DNA of 64,000 bases from Eledone cirrhosa (lineage: Eukaryota): the NCBI GenBank assembly GCA_964016885.1, contig OZ024740.1, positions 439,704,001-439,768,000 of the forward strand, read 5' to 3'. The notes below the pieces were generated by a model. It ran no database searches, was not told where the DNA came from, and was given only the letters and a program-made list of their open reading frames with translations. Below, piece by piece: positions 11,382 through 24,336 of the stretch. Both the position numbers and the translations under genes were made by a program. Position 1 is the first letter of the stretch, and each line of letters opens with the position of its first letter.

Positions 11382-12167
11382 TTGAATACTTATTTCAACC
11401 CGCTATATAACCAGGATGTATCAACTAATATCCCTAGGTCTTTCTTCACTATCCTGGAGAAAAATGTCCCCCCTTCTCACAAATACCATGGTATTTTTAA
11501 TAAAAATGTTATTAAACTATCATTCTCTACCACCCCTAATATTAGTTCTCATTTAGCTAGCACTAATAATAGGAAAATTAGGGATGGATTCTCCTCTCTA
11601 TATACTGATAGTCTGAATGCATCGGACAATGCTTTACCACCAGAACAGTCCTTATCTAATAGAGGTCCTACGCGCAATACATCACCACTCGAGCCAACCA
11701 ATAACACCCGGAAGTGCAATTGTAGAGTGAGTGCTAACTGCCCTCTAAACGGTAACTGCCTTTCTAAGAACATTGTCTATGCTTGCGAGGTTATAACTAA
11801 TTCCTCTAAAGGAACATATATAGGATCTACTTCAAACACTTTTAAGACTAGGTTTAACTCTCATATCTCTAACTTCAAACATGTTAGGTTTAAGAATTCT
11901 ACCTCTCTAGCGCATTATATCTGGGATCTTAAGGGAGCTTTTATACCATATAGCCTTAACTGGAGTTTAGTAGCACGATCTAACCACCTTTCTGCACATA
12001 GTAAGTTTTGTAATCTCTGTATACTTGAGACACACTCTATTATTTTCTCTAGCGTACCCTTACTGAATAGAAAGTCTGAGATATTCTCTTCTTGCCCCCA
12101 TGCAATTTCTAATTCTTACTTTTATTATAAACCCAAATGTTCTAGTAGTACAAATCGTACCCATTAG
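11382..12167 (+). CDS. PLE C-terminal fragment: linker plus GIY-YIG endonuclease (5'-truncated, RT missing)
   Basis: Motifs YFNPLYNQDVSTNI, CNCRVSANCPLNGNCLSKNIVY, YIGSTSNTFKTRFNSH, TSLAHYIWDLK, CNLCILE and LLNRKSEIFSSCPH. Confidence 0.88.
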   Translation: MNTYFNPLYNQDVSTNIPRSFFTILEKNVPPSHKYHGIFNKNVIKLSFSTTPNISSHLASTNNRKIRDGFSSLYTDSLNASDNALPPEQSLSNRGPTRNTSPLEPTNNTRKCNCRVSANCPLNGNCLSKNIVYACEVITNSSKGTYIGSTSNTFKTRFNSHISNFKHVRFKNSTSLAHYIWDLKGAFIPYSLNWSLVARSNHLSAHSKFCNLCILETHSIIFSSVPLLNRKSEIFSSCPHAISNSYFYYKPKCSSSTNRTH

Positions 12168-14070
12168 CAGATATATTCCATTACTTAGTTTTTTTGTTTG
12201 GGTTCTTTTTGTTTGCCAGCACTATTGTTATCATTGGTTTTTGATGACTCTTCATTCTAGCTCCCATAATCATTTGGCCACTGTACCATATCTATGTCTT
12301 CACTATTACACCTTGTTAGTATACATAAGATTACACACGTTACTATCTTTATATATTCTTTTATTATCATTAACTTTAATTTTTAATTTTAACATCATTT
12401 TTATTTTTATTTTTATTTTTAATTCTATTTTTAATTCTATTTTTATTTCTAAGTCTATTCTGATTTATCTATCGACCCTCCCCCCTCCCCCCCATGCACG
12501 CATAAACTTATTGTCAACCCCTCTAGATTGAATATGATTATATTAACCCCCCCCCTCTTTTATGCTCTGTTCTATTATTTATTATAGTATATCGAATATA
12601 TTTTATGCCACTTCGCACCCTCCATATATTTTGTCAATTCTGTCCCCATTAGCCTACCTTAACTCTACTTAAGTCAGTTTTTTAGATATCGTTGCGTATA
12701 TGATAGTGTAATTTTATTCCTTTTGTAAACATTTGTAACGATACATTAAAGTTTATATACTTTAATGACTTAGACTATAGCTAATTTTATACTACCTTAT
12801 TGAATGGGTTTGATATTTTTAATATTAATTTATCAGATAGGATTTAGAGTCATTTAAAATGATCGCTTTCCTTGGTGTTTACCAAATTTCTTAATGCACG
12901 CGAGGCCTAAGTGTGTATACATTTCCGGTTGATTGTATTTATTTGTTTTATCCTTTATTCTATTTACTATTCACTGTCTGGCTTCGTTCACTCATCCACA
13001 CATGTCTGTCTACTAACCTTGAAATTATAAGTATTTATTTACATATTTTATGCCAATTTTTAAAATATATTACATTATGATATAGATCCTTATTACTTAC
13101 CGTTTATTATATATAACATTGAGATAGTTAAACTTTATATATCATATAAGATGTCTGGATTTTTTAATTTTTTAATATTTTAATATTGTAATATGTAACA
13201 TTATAGTATTTAGACTTTACATATCATGATAGATGTCTGTATATTTTTCTGTAACAACATATTTTTCTGTAACATCATAATTGTTCCCTGTACCAATATA
13301 GTTTTTTTTAGTATTATTGTATTATATTATATGATTGATATTTCCTCATTTATTATGTAACCCAGTATGAATCATGTTGTACATATTGTTTATGCTAATT
13401 GTTAATATAATGTTAACAATTTATCATTGTATTTCACTGTGACATCTATATTGTTTCTGTAAATTAACCGGGGATTATTATATATTCTACTTTATTATAT
13501 TGTATTGTATTATATAATTTTGTTGTTTATTATTTATTATAAGTGTTTCTTGTAATTATATCATATTATTGCCTCATGTATATTGGGTAGATGTATTAGC
13601 ATTATTTTCACTATTACCATGCTTATTTTTGATATTTTTGATGTGCAAACTTCCAATAGGGCTTAATTTCTGTGTAATAGAAAATAGATATGTGTATTGT
13701 AATATGTGTGTGTGTGTATGTGTGTGTGTGTATGTGTGTGTGTGCGCGCACATATATACATGTATATATTGTACCTTTTGATTTTTAATTTGGAATTTTA
13801 ATGTTGGTATAGATATATTATTATTATAATGTATTATACTGTGTTATATATAATTCCTGCTCTATATAACCAAATTTGTTTAGATTTAAGTTGGTGACTT
13901 TGGACTATATTTGTAATATGGTTCTTAATGTTATCTACATCCTTAGTTATTATAATTTTATTATTTTTATCTTCATTTTTATTATCGTATATCTTTGTAA
14001 GACATTAGTGTATGTAAACTCCATATTCTTCAGAGTTTCTGGCTTGTATCTGCCGAAATTACCTCTTGTT

Positions 14071-14127
14071 GTTTTGATTGCCCTGATGAGTCCTTAATAG
14101 GACGAAACATTGTCGGCTAATAAAAAC
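14071..14127 (+). ncRNA. Canonical type I hammerhead ribozyme
   Basis: gttttgattgcc-CTGATGA-gtcct-taat-aggac-GAAA-catt-GTC-ggctaataaaaac: intact core, GUC triplet and extended stem I. Confidence 0.9.
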
Positions 14128-14374
14128 TGTTGATGTATTAAAGGATTCTTTGTTTTACTCTCTTAATTTTTCGGCTCTGTTTAACTGCATTGAGCTATAC
14201 CTTTTACTGTCATTTCTATAATACGAAGAGGGTGTTTGACTCAAACACGCTCCAGTATTCTAATCCTTATATATATATATATATATATACATGTAAAGTT
14301 ATATTTAAAATTGTTGGGTTACAACTAGTAAATATTTATAACTGATATAAAAGCACTCGACAAATATTTGGAGT

Positions 14375-14532
14375 ATATTTACAATATTAAATAAATGGAA
14401 AACTATATTTATAAAACTGTTTATATTGTATTTTGTCTGATGAAGGCATAGCATATTGTTAATAGGATATCCCCGAAATATATATAATGAAATAAATATG
14501 GTTTTATAAATATAGTTTTCCATTTATTTAAT

Positions 14533-14540
<8 letters not shown>
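14375..14540 (+). ncRNA. Degenerate hammerhead (14429-14494) enclosed in a 45-bp inverted repeat
   Basis: tattttgt-CTGATGA-aggcatagcatattgttaataggatatcccc-GAAA-tatat-ATA-atgaaata. The flanks acaatattaaataaatggaaaactatatttataaaac and gttttataaatatagttttccatttatttaatattgt are complementary. Confidence 0.5.
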
Positions 14541-14571
<31 letters not shown>

Positions 14572-14577
<6 letters not shown>

Positions 14578-15381
14578 TAAAACATGTCTATAGAATCACA
14601 AGATAATATATATACTATTTCCTCTCCCAATTAGCATAATTAACTATATAAAAAATCGAATAGACCAGGCTATAAGAATGAGGCTTCTATGAAGAAATCT
14701 CCGACAAATAACCGAAACTAGCGCTTCGCGTCGGCCGTAGCGGAATATTTATCGAATATTTCGACAGCGTAATCGCCCAGATATAGTCAACTAAACAGAA
14801 TTAGGTGTAAAGTAAACTTTTATATGTAATAATCTCCCATTAGGTTGAGATACAAATTTGGCTGTATTGTGCTGTGCCTTCTAGCAAAAATGCCACCAGT
14901 CGTAAGCAACTACCACACCCCTTCCAACCTGACTGCGACTACGTCACGATTTTTAGCCATTTTGAAATGAATTCTTGGCGCGATCACTTTGGAAAATTTA
15001 GTGTTTAGATAAGAGCGAGCTTCCTGATGAATGCGGCGCTCGAGTTTATATAATTATTACATAATTATTGGAAAACTCAAAATACGGACGAAACCATGGT
15101 AGAGGTATTTAAATGTATTCTATTTTCTCCTAGTTTATTTTACACCTAATTCTGTTTAGTTGACTATATCTGGGCGATTACGCTGTCGAAATATTTGATA
15201 AATATTCCGCTACGGCCGACGCGAAGCGCTAGTTTCGGTTATTTGTCGGAGATTTCTTCATAGAAGCCTCATTCTTATAGCCTGGTCTATTCGATTTTTT
15301 ATATAGTTAATTATGCTAATTGGGAGAGGAAATAGTATATATTTTATCTTGTGATTCTATAGACATGTTTTATGATATATA
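14572..15381. mobile_element. PLE-like pLTR element with inverted arms of about 240 bp
   Basis: 14572-14813 is the reverse complement of about 15136-15381. The central part carries a hammerhead-like motif. Confidence 0.8.
15019..15106 (+). ncRNA. Hammerhead-like motif with long stem II insertion
   Basis: gcttc-CTGATGA-[about 59 nt containing gagttt/aaactc and ataattat/ataattat pairs]-GAAA-ccatg-GTA-gaggt. Stem III is the palindrome ACCATGGT. Confidence 0.55.
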
Positions 15382-15476
15382 GCTCTGATTGTTTAATTTA
15401 TTAATTTTTCATTGAGCCACAAAGTGACCAGTTGCAAAACACGTATATGTATATGTATGTATATATATATGTAAAC

Positions 15477-15524
<48 letters not shown>

Positions 15525-15808
15525 ATATGTGTATGTGTATGTGTGAACTGTATTTTGGTCTGGAGAATGACTGTACGTATGGCCTCTGTAGACATTCCGA
15601 GGTCCGAGAGATTGGGTTGATGTTGCTTTCTAAAACATTTCACTTATGAGCTGAAGGAAACACTTGGATATAGAGATAAATGTTCCGAGGAGAATGACTG
15701 CGGTAAACGAATTGGTGCGGTATTTGTATGAGGCACAAAATATGGTTGACGACAGGAAGAGAAACGGATATGTATTTACCTTTGGTATATATATAAATAT
15801 ATATATAT

Positions 15809-16100
15809 GATCCCGGATTCAATCGAGAGTAACCACGGTAAGTAAGGTTCTTAATGCGTAGCAGAGTATAAATATTTAATATAGAAATGGCTTCTACAGA
15901 GCTAGAACTGTTTCATTCTGGAGAAATCATTAAATATTTATACTCTGCTATGAATTGAGTACCTTACTTACTGTTGTTACCCCCGATTGAACCCGGGATA
16001 AACTTATCATTTAGCACTTACTGTGCCCCTCTTAACCAGGCTTCCTGATGATTTATAACGAATGAAACAGTTCTATTCCCGTAACGGAAATAGAACAGGT
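15809..16100. mobile_element. Rearranged PLE pLTR: imperfect foldback (15809-15999) with a split hammerhead
   Basis: Arms such as tagcagagtataaatatttaat and attaaatatttatactctgcta. gcttcCTGATGAtttataacgaatGAAAcagttcta lies at about 16040-16075, and its 3' half is inverted at 15890-15930. Confidence 0.55.
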
Positions 16101-16297
16101 GAATATTTAAATCATTTTTTAATTTATTTAAAAGATTGTTTGATGATTACTTGTCCGCTCATTTATATATATATATATATTACACACACCAACACACACA
16201 GATATATATATATAGAAGGTGAGTAATACTGTAGAACAATAAAACTATGCATATATCAGATAAGTAGCACTCAACAGTTGACAGCGTTCCTGATCAA

Positions 16298-16373
<76 letters not shown>

Positions 16374-16658
16374 ATCTCTCTCTCTTCTTCCTTTTTTTCT
16401 TTCTTCACTTTCTTTTTCCTTTTTTCTCTTCTTCTTTCCTTTTCTTCTATTTTCCTATCTATTTCTTACTATGGTATTAACACATATATTTCTGTCATAT
16501 GTAGACTTAGCACTTTCCTATAATCAAGTGCTATTATGCCTCGTATCATTGTACGTTATTTTATCTCTGAAGAGAACACAATATCTGTCCCAGAATGATT
16601 TTGTATTTGAAATACGTATAATAAAATATATGGAACTCTTATTACCATCTTTTTTTTC

Positions 16659-16749
<91 letters not shown>

Positions 16750-16759
16750 TGTGTGTGTG

Positions 16760-16953
16760 TGTTTTTGTTTTTGTTTTCTAACTGCAAGGATAAGCTCAGC
16801 TGAATATACTACATATGTGAGACTTTACTTACGGGCAAAGTTATGCAACTTTGAACACTGGAATTCATTATGGTGGATCAAAATGTACTCTATAATAGAT
16901 ATTGAGTACTTTGTTTTTACTTTAGTGGTAGAATGACCGTGTATATAGTCATA
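16760..16953 (+). repeat. Second copy of the 190-bp dispersed segment
   Basis: Matches 9266-9460. Confidence 0.85.
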
Positions 16954-17004
16954 CTTGAAATCGCACAGCTATACACTCACATACATACATACATGCATAC
17001 GTAC

Positions 17005-18518
17005 ATTAAATTACTACACCCAAAAGACTTAAAACTTAGACCTGTTATACCTGGTCCAACATGCCCCACCCACCATCTAAGCAATTTTGTTGACATTATT
17101 TTGAAACCACTATGTATTCACATACCCAGTTTCATCCGGGATGATATCGACTTCCTGTCCCATCTTCCCAAAACCACGGAAACGAATTCACTTCTAGTTT
17201 TGATTTAGGAATAAAGGCGGTTAAATACTGGGTGGAAAAACATAGAGAAGTGATTCCCACCAGATTCGCAGCGCCATTTATATTAGACGCAGTCAAACTT
17301 ATTCTGGAAAACAACACTTTCTTCTTCAATGGAAAGAATTACATCCAAATTAGAGGCACAGTGATGGGAACGAAGTTTGTTCCCGTCTACGCGAACTCTG
17401 TAATGGGATACTTAGAACAACAACACTACCAAGAAATAGAGGAAAAATATAGCACTGACTTTAGAAAGTACATTGAAAAATCTTGGAAGAGATACCTTGA
17501 CAACTGTTTCATCATCTGGACAGAATCTCTAGATACTATGGATGAGTTCAATATCCTCCTGAATAACCTACACCCATCCCTCCAATTCACAAAAGAGATG
17601 AGTAGTACCAAATTACCATTCCTAGATATAATGGTAATCAAAAACGACACCACCATTACCACGGATATATATTATAAACACACAGACACCCATCAATATC
17701 TGAATTTTAAGTTGTGCCATCCACCTCATACAAAACGCAACATCCCATACTGCCTAGCCAGAAGATACGAATACCAGGAACAAACGCCTAACAGAACTGA
17801 GAGAATTTTTGCTCAAACAAAAAACCTATCTCTACTTATAGAAAATGGCATACAGCGGGCTATAAAAATACCTATACAACAACTTAGGACAACCCAAGGA
17901 AGAAGAAACCAAGAACTGGTCATACAATTTATAATGACACACAACCCATGTCACCAGAATATCTTCAATACTGCCAAAACAAACCTACCGATCATTGCTC
18001 AAATTAATGAATTAAAAGGCTTAGTCACAGATCGATCTTTGACTCTTAGTAAAGGACAGCCAAAAAATTTGAAGCAATTATTAACAAAAGCAAAGTTTGA
18101 CCTTAACAACAAAGACCAATCATTCACTGTATCTAAATGCACTGATAGTCGGTGTGGCACATGTCAATCCATACACAACGGTCAATATATGAACACAAAA
18201 ACTGGAAAAATATTCCCAAATGCAAATATGAACTGCAAAGGCAGAAATCTAATTTACTGCATTAAATGCCCGAATTGTGAAGAACTATATGTCGGTCAAA
18301 CTGGAAATGCACTATCGGAACGTGCACGGGTGCACCGACAGCAAATCAGAGACCCAAATGTCCGTCAGATACCCCTGAGTAACCATTTAGCAACATGTGG
18401 TCAAAGAATATTTATAATATTTCCATTCTACAAATTACACAGCCCAAGTGAAATCAAGAGAAAAATCAAAGAAAAGAATTTTATTGATAAATTCAAACCT
18501 AAGCTAAATAAACAATAA
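17005..18518 (+). pseudogene. PLE RT plus Cys linker plus GIY-YIG endonuclease, 5'-truncated with internal deletions
   Basis: Motifs LRPVIPGPTCPT, QIRGTVMGTKFVPVYAN, WKRYLDN (YxDD mutated to YLDN), LPFLDI, YYKHTDTHQYL, CTDSRCGTC and NLIYCIKCPNCEELYVGQTGNALSERARVH. RT motif A appears deleted near 17200. Confidence 0.9.
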
Positions 18519-18795
18519 TAATAGGGTATTACTCCTACTATGACTATGACTACGACCATGTAGACTACTACCACTAACAACAACAACAACAACAATAATA
18601 ATAATAAAAGTGATGTTGATGGTGATGATTACTAGAAAATGCTATTTTCATCAATTCTAAAAATACACACCGATTGGTCGAAATGCAGTTTGAATAATCT
18701 AGCATTCTGTAGCCGCTTTTCACTATTTATAAGGCACAACATTTAGCCATCTCATTACAGTTGAAAATTGCAAACTTGACTGTCACCACAGAATA

Positions 18796-18834
18796 TGAAC
18801 CTGAAGAATGCGAAAGCATAAAAGTACTTGTTCA
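18796..18834 (+). ncRNA. Hammerhead motif in the 3' pLTR of the upstream PLE, carrying G12->A (probably inactive)
   Basis: tgaac-CTGAAGA-atgc-gaaa-gcat-AAAA-gta-CTT-gttca. Confidence 0.6.
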
Positions 18835-18942
18835 ATTAACACTTAACATTTAATATTCTACCATACTATTTCATTCTAATACCATTGTAAATGTTAAAGG
18901 ATTGTAAATAAAACGAGTAATTCAAAGTTGGAATTCCTTTTA

Positions 18943-19545
<603 letters not shown>

Positions 19546-19546
19546 A

Positions 19547-19602
<56 letters not shown>

Positions 19603-20110
19603 AACTTAATAATGTGTACTGAATATTAATACACCCCGATTGTACTTATGAAGCATCCGTTTATCTCGTGAAACTGAGGATCTATATCTGGTAAGGTTCT
19701 CTTCTAATACATGTTTTATTTTGTTTTGTTTTTTTCTACAGAGGTTGGGCAGTTCCCTGTGCTTGCGAATATCATCTATCTACGATGTTTTCTAAGGAAA
19801 AGGCAAGGATAAATACAGCTTGGTCCCAGTGATGTCACAGACTCCCTCACAACACAACGAGTTGAAAGTGATACCTTGCGGTATGACACTCGGTGCTCTA
19901 ATAATCGCACTAATCCCTTGCCGTGTAGACTTACTTTTGAAGGCTACATTAATTCATCCGGCATTTCACTTCTTTGATAATCAACTTTCTACTTCCCGGC
20001 AGACATATTCTTGCTGGTATGTAGTTCTTAAATATACCATAGACTATTAAGTTCCATACTGAAAAATATTTTCTTTAAAGAATCTGAAATTTATACACAC
20101 AGACACACTC

Positions 20111-20189
<79 letters not shown>

Positions 20190-20191
20190 CA

Positions 20192-20630
20192 TAAAATATA
20201 ATTGTTTCTACGTTAGGTACAACCCCAGCAATCACCCAGTGTATTACTGGTACTTTATTTTATCGACCCCGTAAGGATGAAAGGCAAAGTTAACCTCGGC
20301 GGGATTTGAACTCAGAATGGCAAGGGCATAAAATATAATTGTTTCTACTTTAGACACAAGGCCAGCAATTACCCAGTGTATTACTGGTACTTTATTTTAT
20401 CGACCCCGTAAGGATGAAAGGCAAAGTCAATCTCGGCGGGATTTGAACTTAGATTGTAAAGGGACGTAACTATGCTGGAAAGCATGGCATCCGACCCTCT
20501 ACCGATACTGCCAATCCACCGCCCTAAAATATAATTGTTTCTACTTTTGGCACAAGGCCAGCAAATACCCAGTGCGTTACTGGTACTTTATTCTATCGAC
20601 CCCGGAAGGATGAAAGGCAAAGTTAACCTC
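20192..20630 (-). mobile_element. Three tandem tRNA-derived SINE copies (partial, full, partial)
   Basis: The segment aattgtttcta...ggtactttattttatcgaccccgtaaggatgaaaggcaaagt is repeated three times. The full head ends at ccgatactgccaatccaccgcc (about 20523). Confidence 0.8.
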
Positions 20631-20815
20631 GATAATGAAATATAATCATATACGAAAGATTCAATAATGTACTCCATGGTACACAACAGAATTTACTATT
20701 TCTTCTTAAATCAACCACATTACGATAAATATTTATACCTAGTGCCTGTAATTATAACTTCAAGCACTATTAAAAGAACATTTTTTTCTAACCTTACTAA
20801 ACTTCTGTGGTCTTA

Positions 20816-21018
20816 TACAAGGGAGTGCTGAAGATTTCCTGGCTTTAGGTAAAAGAAAATACCGGAGGATCAGTTAATTATGATTTTATTGAACATATTC
20901 CCGTCTCAGATTCACACACTTATTACAGCAGCCCTGTAAAAAGAACTTGGAAAGTTGGGCCTCCAACCAGGCCTCTGTAGCAGTGATACAGTAGGGAACT
21001 TTTCAGCACCCTCTCGTA
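20816..21018. mobile_element. Tc1/mariner-type non-autonomous element (MITE) of about 200 bp
   Basis: Imperfect TIRs tacaagggagtgctgaagatttcct and agggaacttttcagcaccctctcgta, with TA on both flanks. Confidence 0.7.
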
Positions 21019-21296
21019 TACCTTGCTGAAGATCCAAGGTAAATATACACATTCACGGTCTATATACAAAGGAAACTTTAAAAAAAACACCTTCATGCGA
21101 ATTATATCGTTCTGTTTTAAAATACCTTCAAGTCACAGTCACAGCAAAGATCATGGTGATCTGGTATTTACTGCTACAGAAAGTTTTTATTTTAAATAAC
21201 AGATTTAGAACGATCTAACTTGTTCCCGTCAGGAGTTTATTAAATATCTTAAAGGAATCACAAATTTCAGGAATAAATGCGAATATATATATATAT

Positions 21297-21822
21297 AGTA
21301 ATAATAATAAAATTGAAGACTAAAATCCAAAGAGGGCTTCTCTATTGTATTTATTTACTTTATTCTTAACTCTGTAGCGGAGATTCATTTGGTCTCCTAG
21401 TTAGAATTTTAGTCTACGACTTCTGCTATACCATTTACGTGGTTTTGTCTTTGCGTGCTATTGTTCTCCACGTTCCACATATGACTTATTATCTTCGTTT
21501 TTTCGTTCATTGCCAGAGAACGTCTCTATGCACCACCTTAAAGAACATTAGTCTACGACCTCTTTTATACCATAAACGTGGTTCTGTCTTTGCGCGTAAT
21601 TGTTTTTCACCGCTCCTATTAATGACGTATTATTCGTTTTTTCCCGTTCTTTGCCAGCGAACGTTACCACGAACCAAAGTATCGTCTTCCTGTCTTCCTC
21701 CGGTTGCAACGTTTTTTGAAATATCCAGTTCTGCGTTTACAGATTGACTTTGTTAGTTTGAGAAGTATCCCGTTAAGGGTGAAAGCAGCGATTCTTTGCT
21801 TAAACTTTAATCTGCTATTTTA

Positions 21823-21826
<4 letters not shown>
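21297..21826 (+). mobile_element. PLE pLTR copy with inverted 3' tail at its start
   Basis: 21345-21826 matches 23695-24180 and is the reverse complement of 21982-22470. 21297-21338 is the reverse complement of 24211-24253. Confidence 0.8.
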
Positions 21827-21869
<43 letters not shown>

Positions 21870-21882
21870 AACAAGTAAGACC

Positions 21883-21930
<48 letters not shown>

Positions 21931-21943
21931 AACAAGTAAGACC

Positions 21944-21986
<43 letters not shown>

Positions 21987-22946
21987 TAAAATAACAGATT
22001 AAAATTTAAGTAAAGAATCGCTGCTTTCACCCTTAACGGGATCTTCTGAAACAAACAAAGTCAATCTGTAAACGCAGAAGTGGGTATTTCAAAAAACGTT
22101 GCAACCGGAGGAAGACGGGAAGACGATACTTTGGTTCGTGGGAACGTTCCCTGGCAAAGAACGGGAAAAAACGAATATAATACGTCATTAATAGGAGCGG
22201 TGAAAAACAATTACACGCAAAGACAGAACCACGTTTATGGTATAAAAGAAGTTGTAGACTAATGTTCTCTTAGGTGGTTCATAGAGACGTTCTCTGGCAA
22301 TGACCGGAAAAAACGAAAATAATACGTCATATGTTGAGCGTGGAGAACAATTGTACGCAAAGACAAAACCACGTAAATGGTATAGCTGAAGTCGTAGACT
22401 AAAATTCTAACAAGGAAACCGAATGATTCTCCGCTTCAGAGTTAAGAATAAAGTAAATAAAATACAATACAGAGGTAATTGATATTAAATAAATACATAC
22501 ACGCATCCAAATACGTACATACACAAGCATACGCGAAAACACTCGCCATAGGTATACAAAACCATGCACATATAATATGTGTGTGCGCGTGTATACAAAT
22601 AAATAAGTAATTTAATAAACGTATATAAATAAATAAATACGTATATAACAAGCGCACACACATACCTACATGTAAATACAGACATGTTCGGAGACGAACG
22701 TCAACCAAAACATGAAGGACACATATACACACACCCAACATACGTACGAACCCGCATACTCACACAGACGCAAAACTCCCGTATACACATAACCAAAAGC
22801 ATATGTACCAGAATATATAAAAATATACGCCATAACATATACAATCAAATATACGTACGAGAAAGTATACGTACCTTCACAAAACATACAGGTAATAATA
22901 CTTACCTATACAAATAAGTAATGGTATAAACATAACATATACTTAG

Positions 22947-23435
22947 CTACCACATCAAGACGTAAAATATCCACGTATAGATCGTACTATCCGTTAGGGT
23001 ATAATGTGGGGCTGTAATACAGGAAAGTTTTGTGCAATTTATGTTTACAAGCCTAAATGCCTCAGATTTTTTGTTTAAGATGTGGACTGTGGCGTAGAGT
23101 ATTTCCAGGGCCTCGGCGGCCAAGAGGTCACATGGTCTTTTATTTCCGTTATACGATCTAGCCCTAGCTAGGATCTCCCAGTGTAACTTATATTGGGTGT
23201 GGTAGTCCTTTAGATTCCAGATATAAGCTGAAAGTGACGTCATATTCCTTCTTAGAGGGTAACGAAAAGAATGGGTATGCATGTAAAGACGCTCCGTGAA
23301 TCTATTGGCGGTTAACCCTATGTAGGCCCTACGGGAGGTGGGTGTTTCAACCTTACATTTGTAGACAATGTTACTAGAGAAGCATTTCCCGGATAGGGGG
23401 CAATCAACCAGATTTCTACAATTACAGTTAGTACT
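22947..23435 (-). pseudogene. PLE GIY-YIG endonuclease remnant
   Basis: The frame upstream of the listed ORF reads STNCNCRNLVDCPLSGKCFSSNIVYKCKVETPTSRRAYIGLTANRFTERLYMHTHSF, continuing to TSLSAYIWNLK and ILNKKSE. It is homologous to 11382-12167. Confidence 0.85.
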
Positions 23436-23444
23436 AACTATTTA

Positions 23445-23555
23445 TTTATATACGTTTATTTAATTATTTATATACGTTTATTTAATTATTTATATACGTT
23501 TATTTAATTATTTATATATGTTTATTTAATTATTTATATACATTTATTTAATTTA
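23445..23555 (+). repeat. 22-bp tandem repeat (tttatatacgtttatttaatta), about 5 copies, at the inversion junction
   Basis: tacgtttatt recurs at 23451, 23473 and 23495, followed by degenerate copies. Confidence 0.75.
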
Positions 23556-24248
23556 CTTATTTATTTGTATACACGCACACACACACATATTTATATGTGC
23601 GTGGTTTTGTATACCTATGGCGAGTGTTTTCGCGTATGCTTGTGTATGTACGTATTTGGATGCGTGTATGTATTTATTTAATATCAATTACCTCTGTATT
23701 GTATTTTATTTACTTTATTCTTAACTCTGAAGCGGAGAATCATTCGGTTTCCTTGTTAGAATTTTAGTCTACGACTTCAGTTATACCATTTACGTGGTTT
23801 TGTCTTTGCGTGCAATTGTTCCTCACGCTCAACATATGACGTATAATCTTCGTTTTTTCCGTTCATTGTCAGAGAACGTCTCTATGAACCACCTAAGAGA
23901 ACATTAGTCTGCGACTTCTTTTATACCATAAACGTGGTTTTGTCTTTGCGCGTAATTGTTTTTCACCGCTCCTATTAATGACGTATTATATTCGTTTTTT
24001 CCCGTTCTTTGCCAGGGAACGTTTCCACGAACCAAAGTATATTCTTCCTGTCTTCCTCCGGTTGCAACGTTTTTTGAAATATCCACTTCTGCGTTTAAAG
24101 ATTGACTTTCTTAGTTTCAGAAGATCCCGTTAAGGGTGAAAGCAGCGATTTTTTGCTTAAACTTTAATCTATTATTTTATCAAATATTTGCTATATATTT
24201 ATCCTTATCGAGCCCTCTTTGGATCTTAGTCTTCAAATTTATTATTAT

Positions 24249-24330
<82 letters not shown>

Positions 24331-24336
<6 letters not shown>

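Larger units (their letters stand above)
11382..14268 (+). mobile_element. Truncated PLE with a probable 2-kb AT-rich 3' region ending in a hammerhead-bearing pLTR at (TA)n
   Basis: GIY-YIG ORF, T-rich downstream sequence, a hammerhead at 14071-14127 on the same strand, then (TA)n at 14268. Confidence 0.6.
21982..24253 (-). mobile_element. Truncated PLE (GIY-YIG, 3' UTR and pLTR) with an inverted pLTR of about 700 bp at its 5' end
   Basis: 21982-22645 is the reverse complement of about 23445-24180, and the GIY-YIG remnant lies between the arms. (TA)n on both flanks. Confidence 0.85.

Noticed and set aside
24110-24150. Hammerhead-like cagaaga-tccc-gttaa-ggg-t-gaaagcagcga in the 21.3-24.2 kb PLE family
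   Set aside because: The core is not CUGANGA in any local copy, and there is no NUH triplet or clear stem I.
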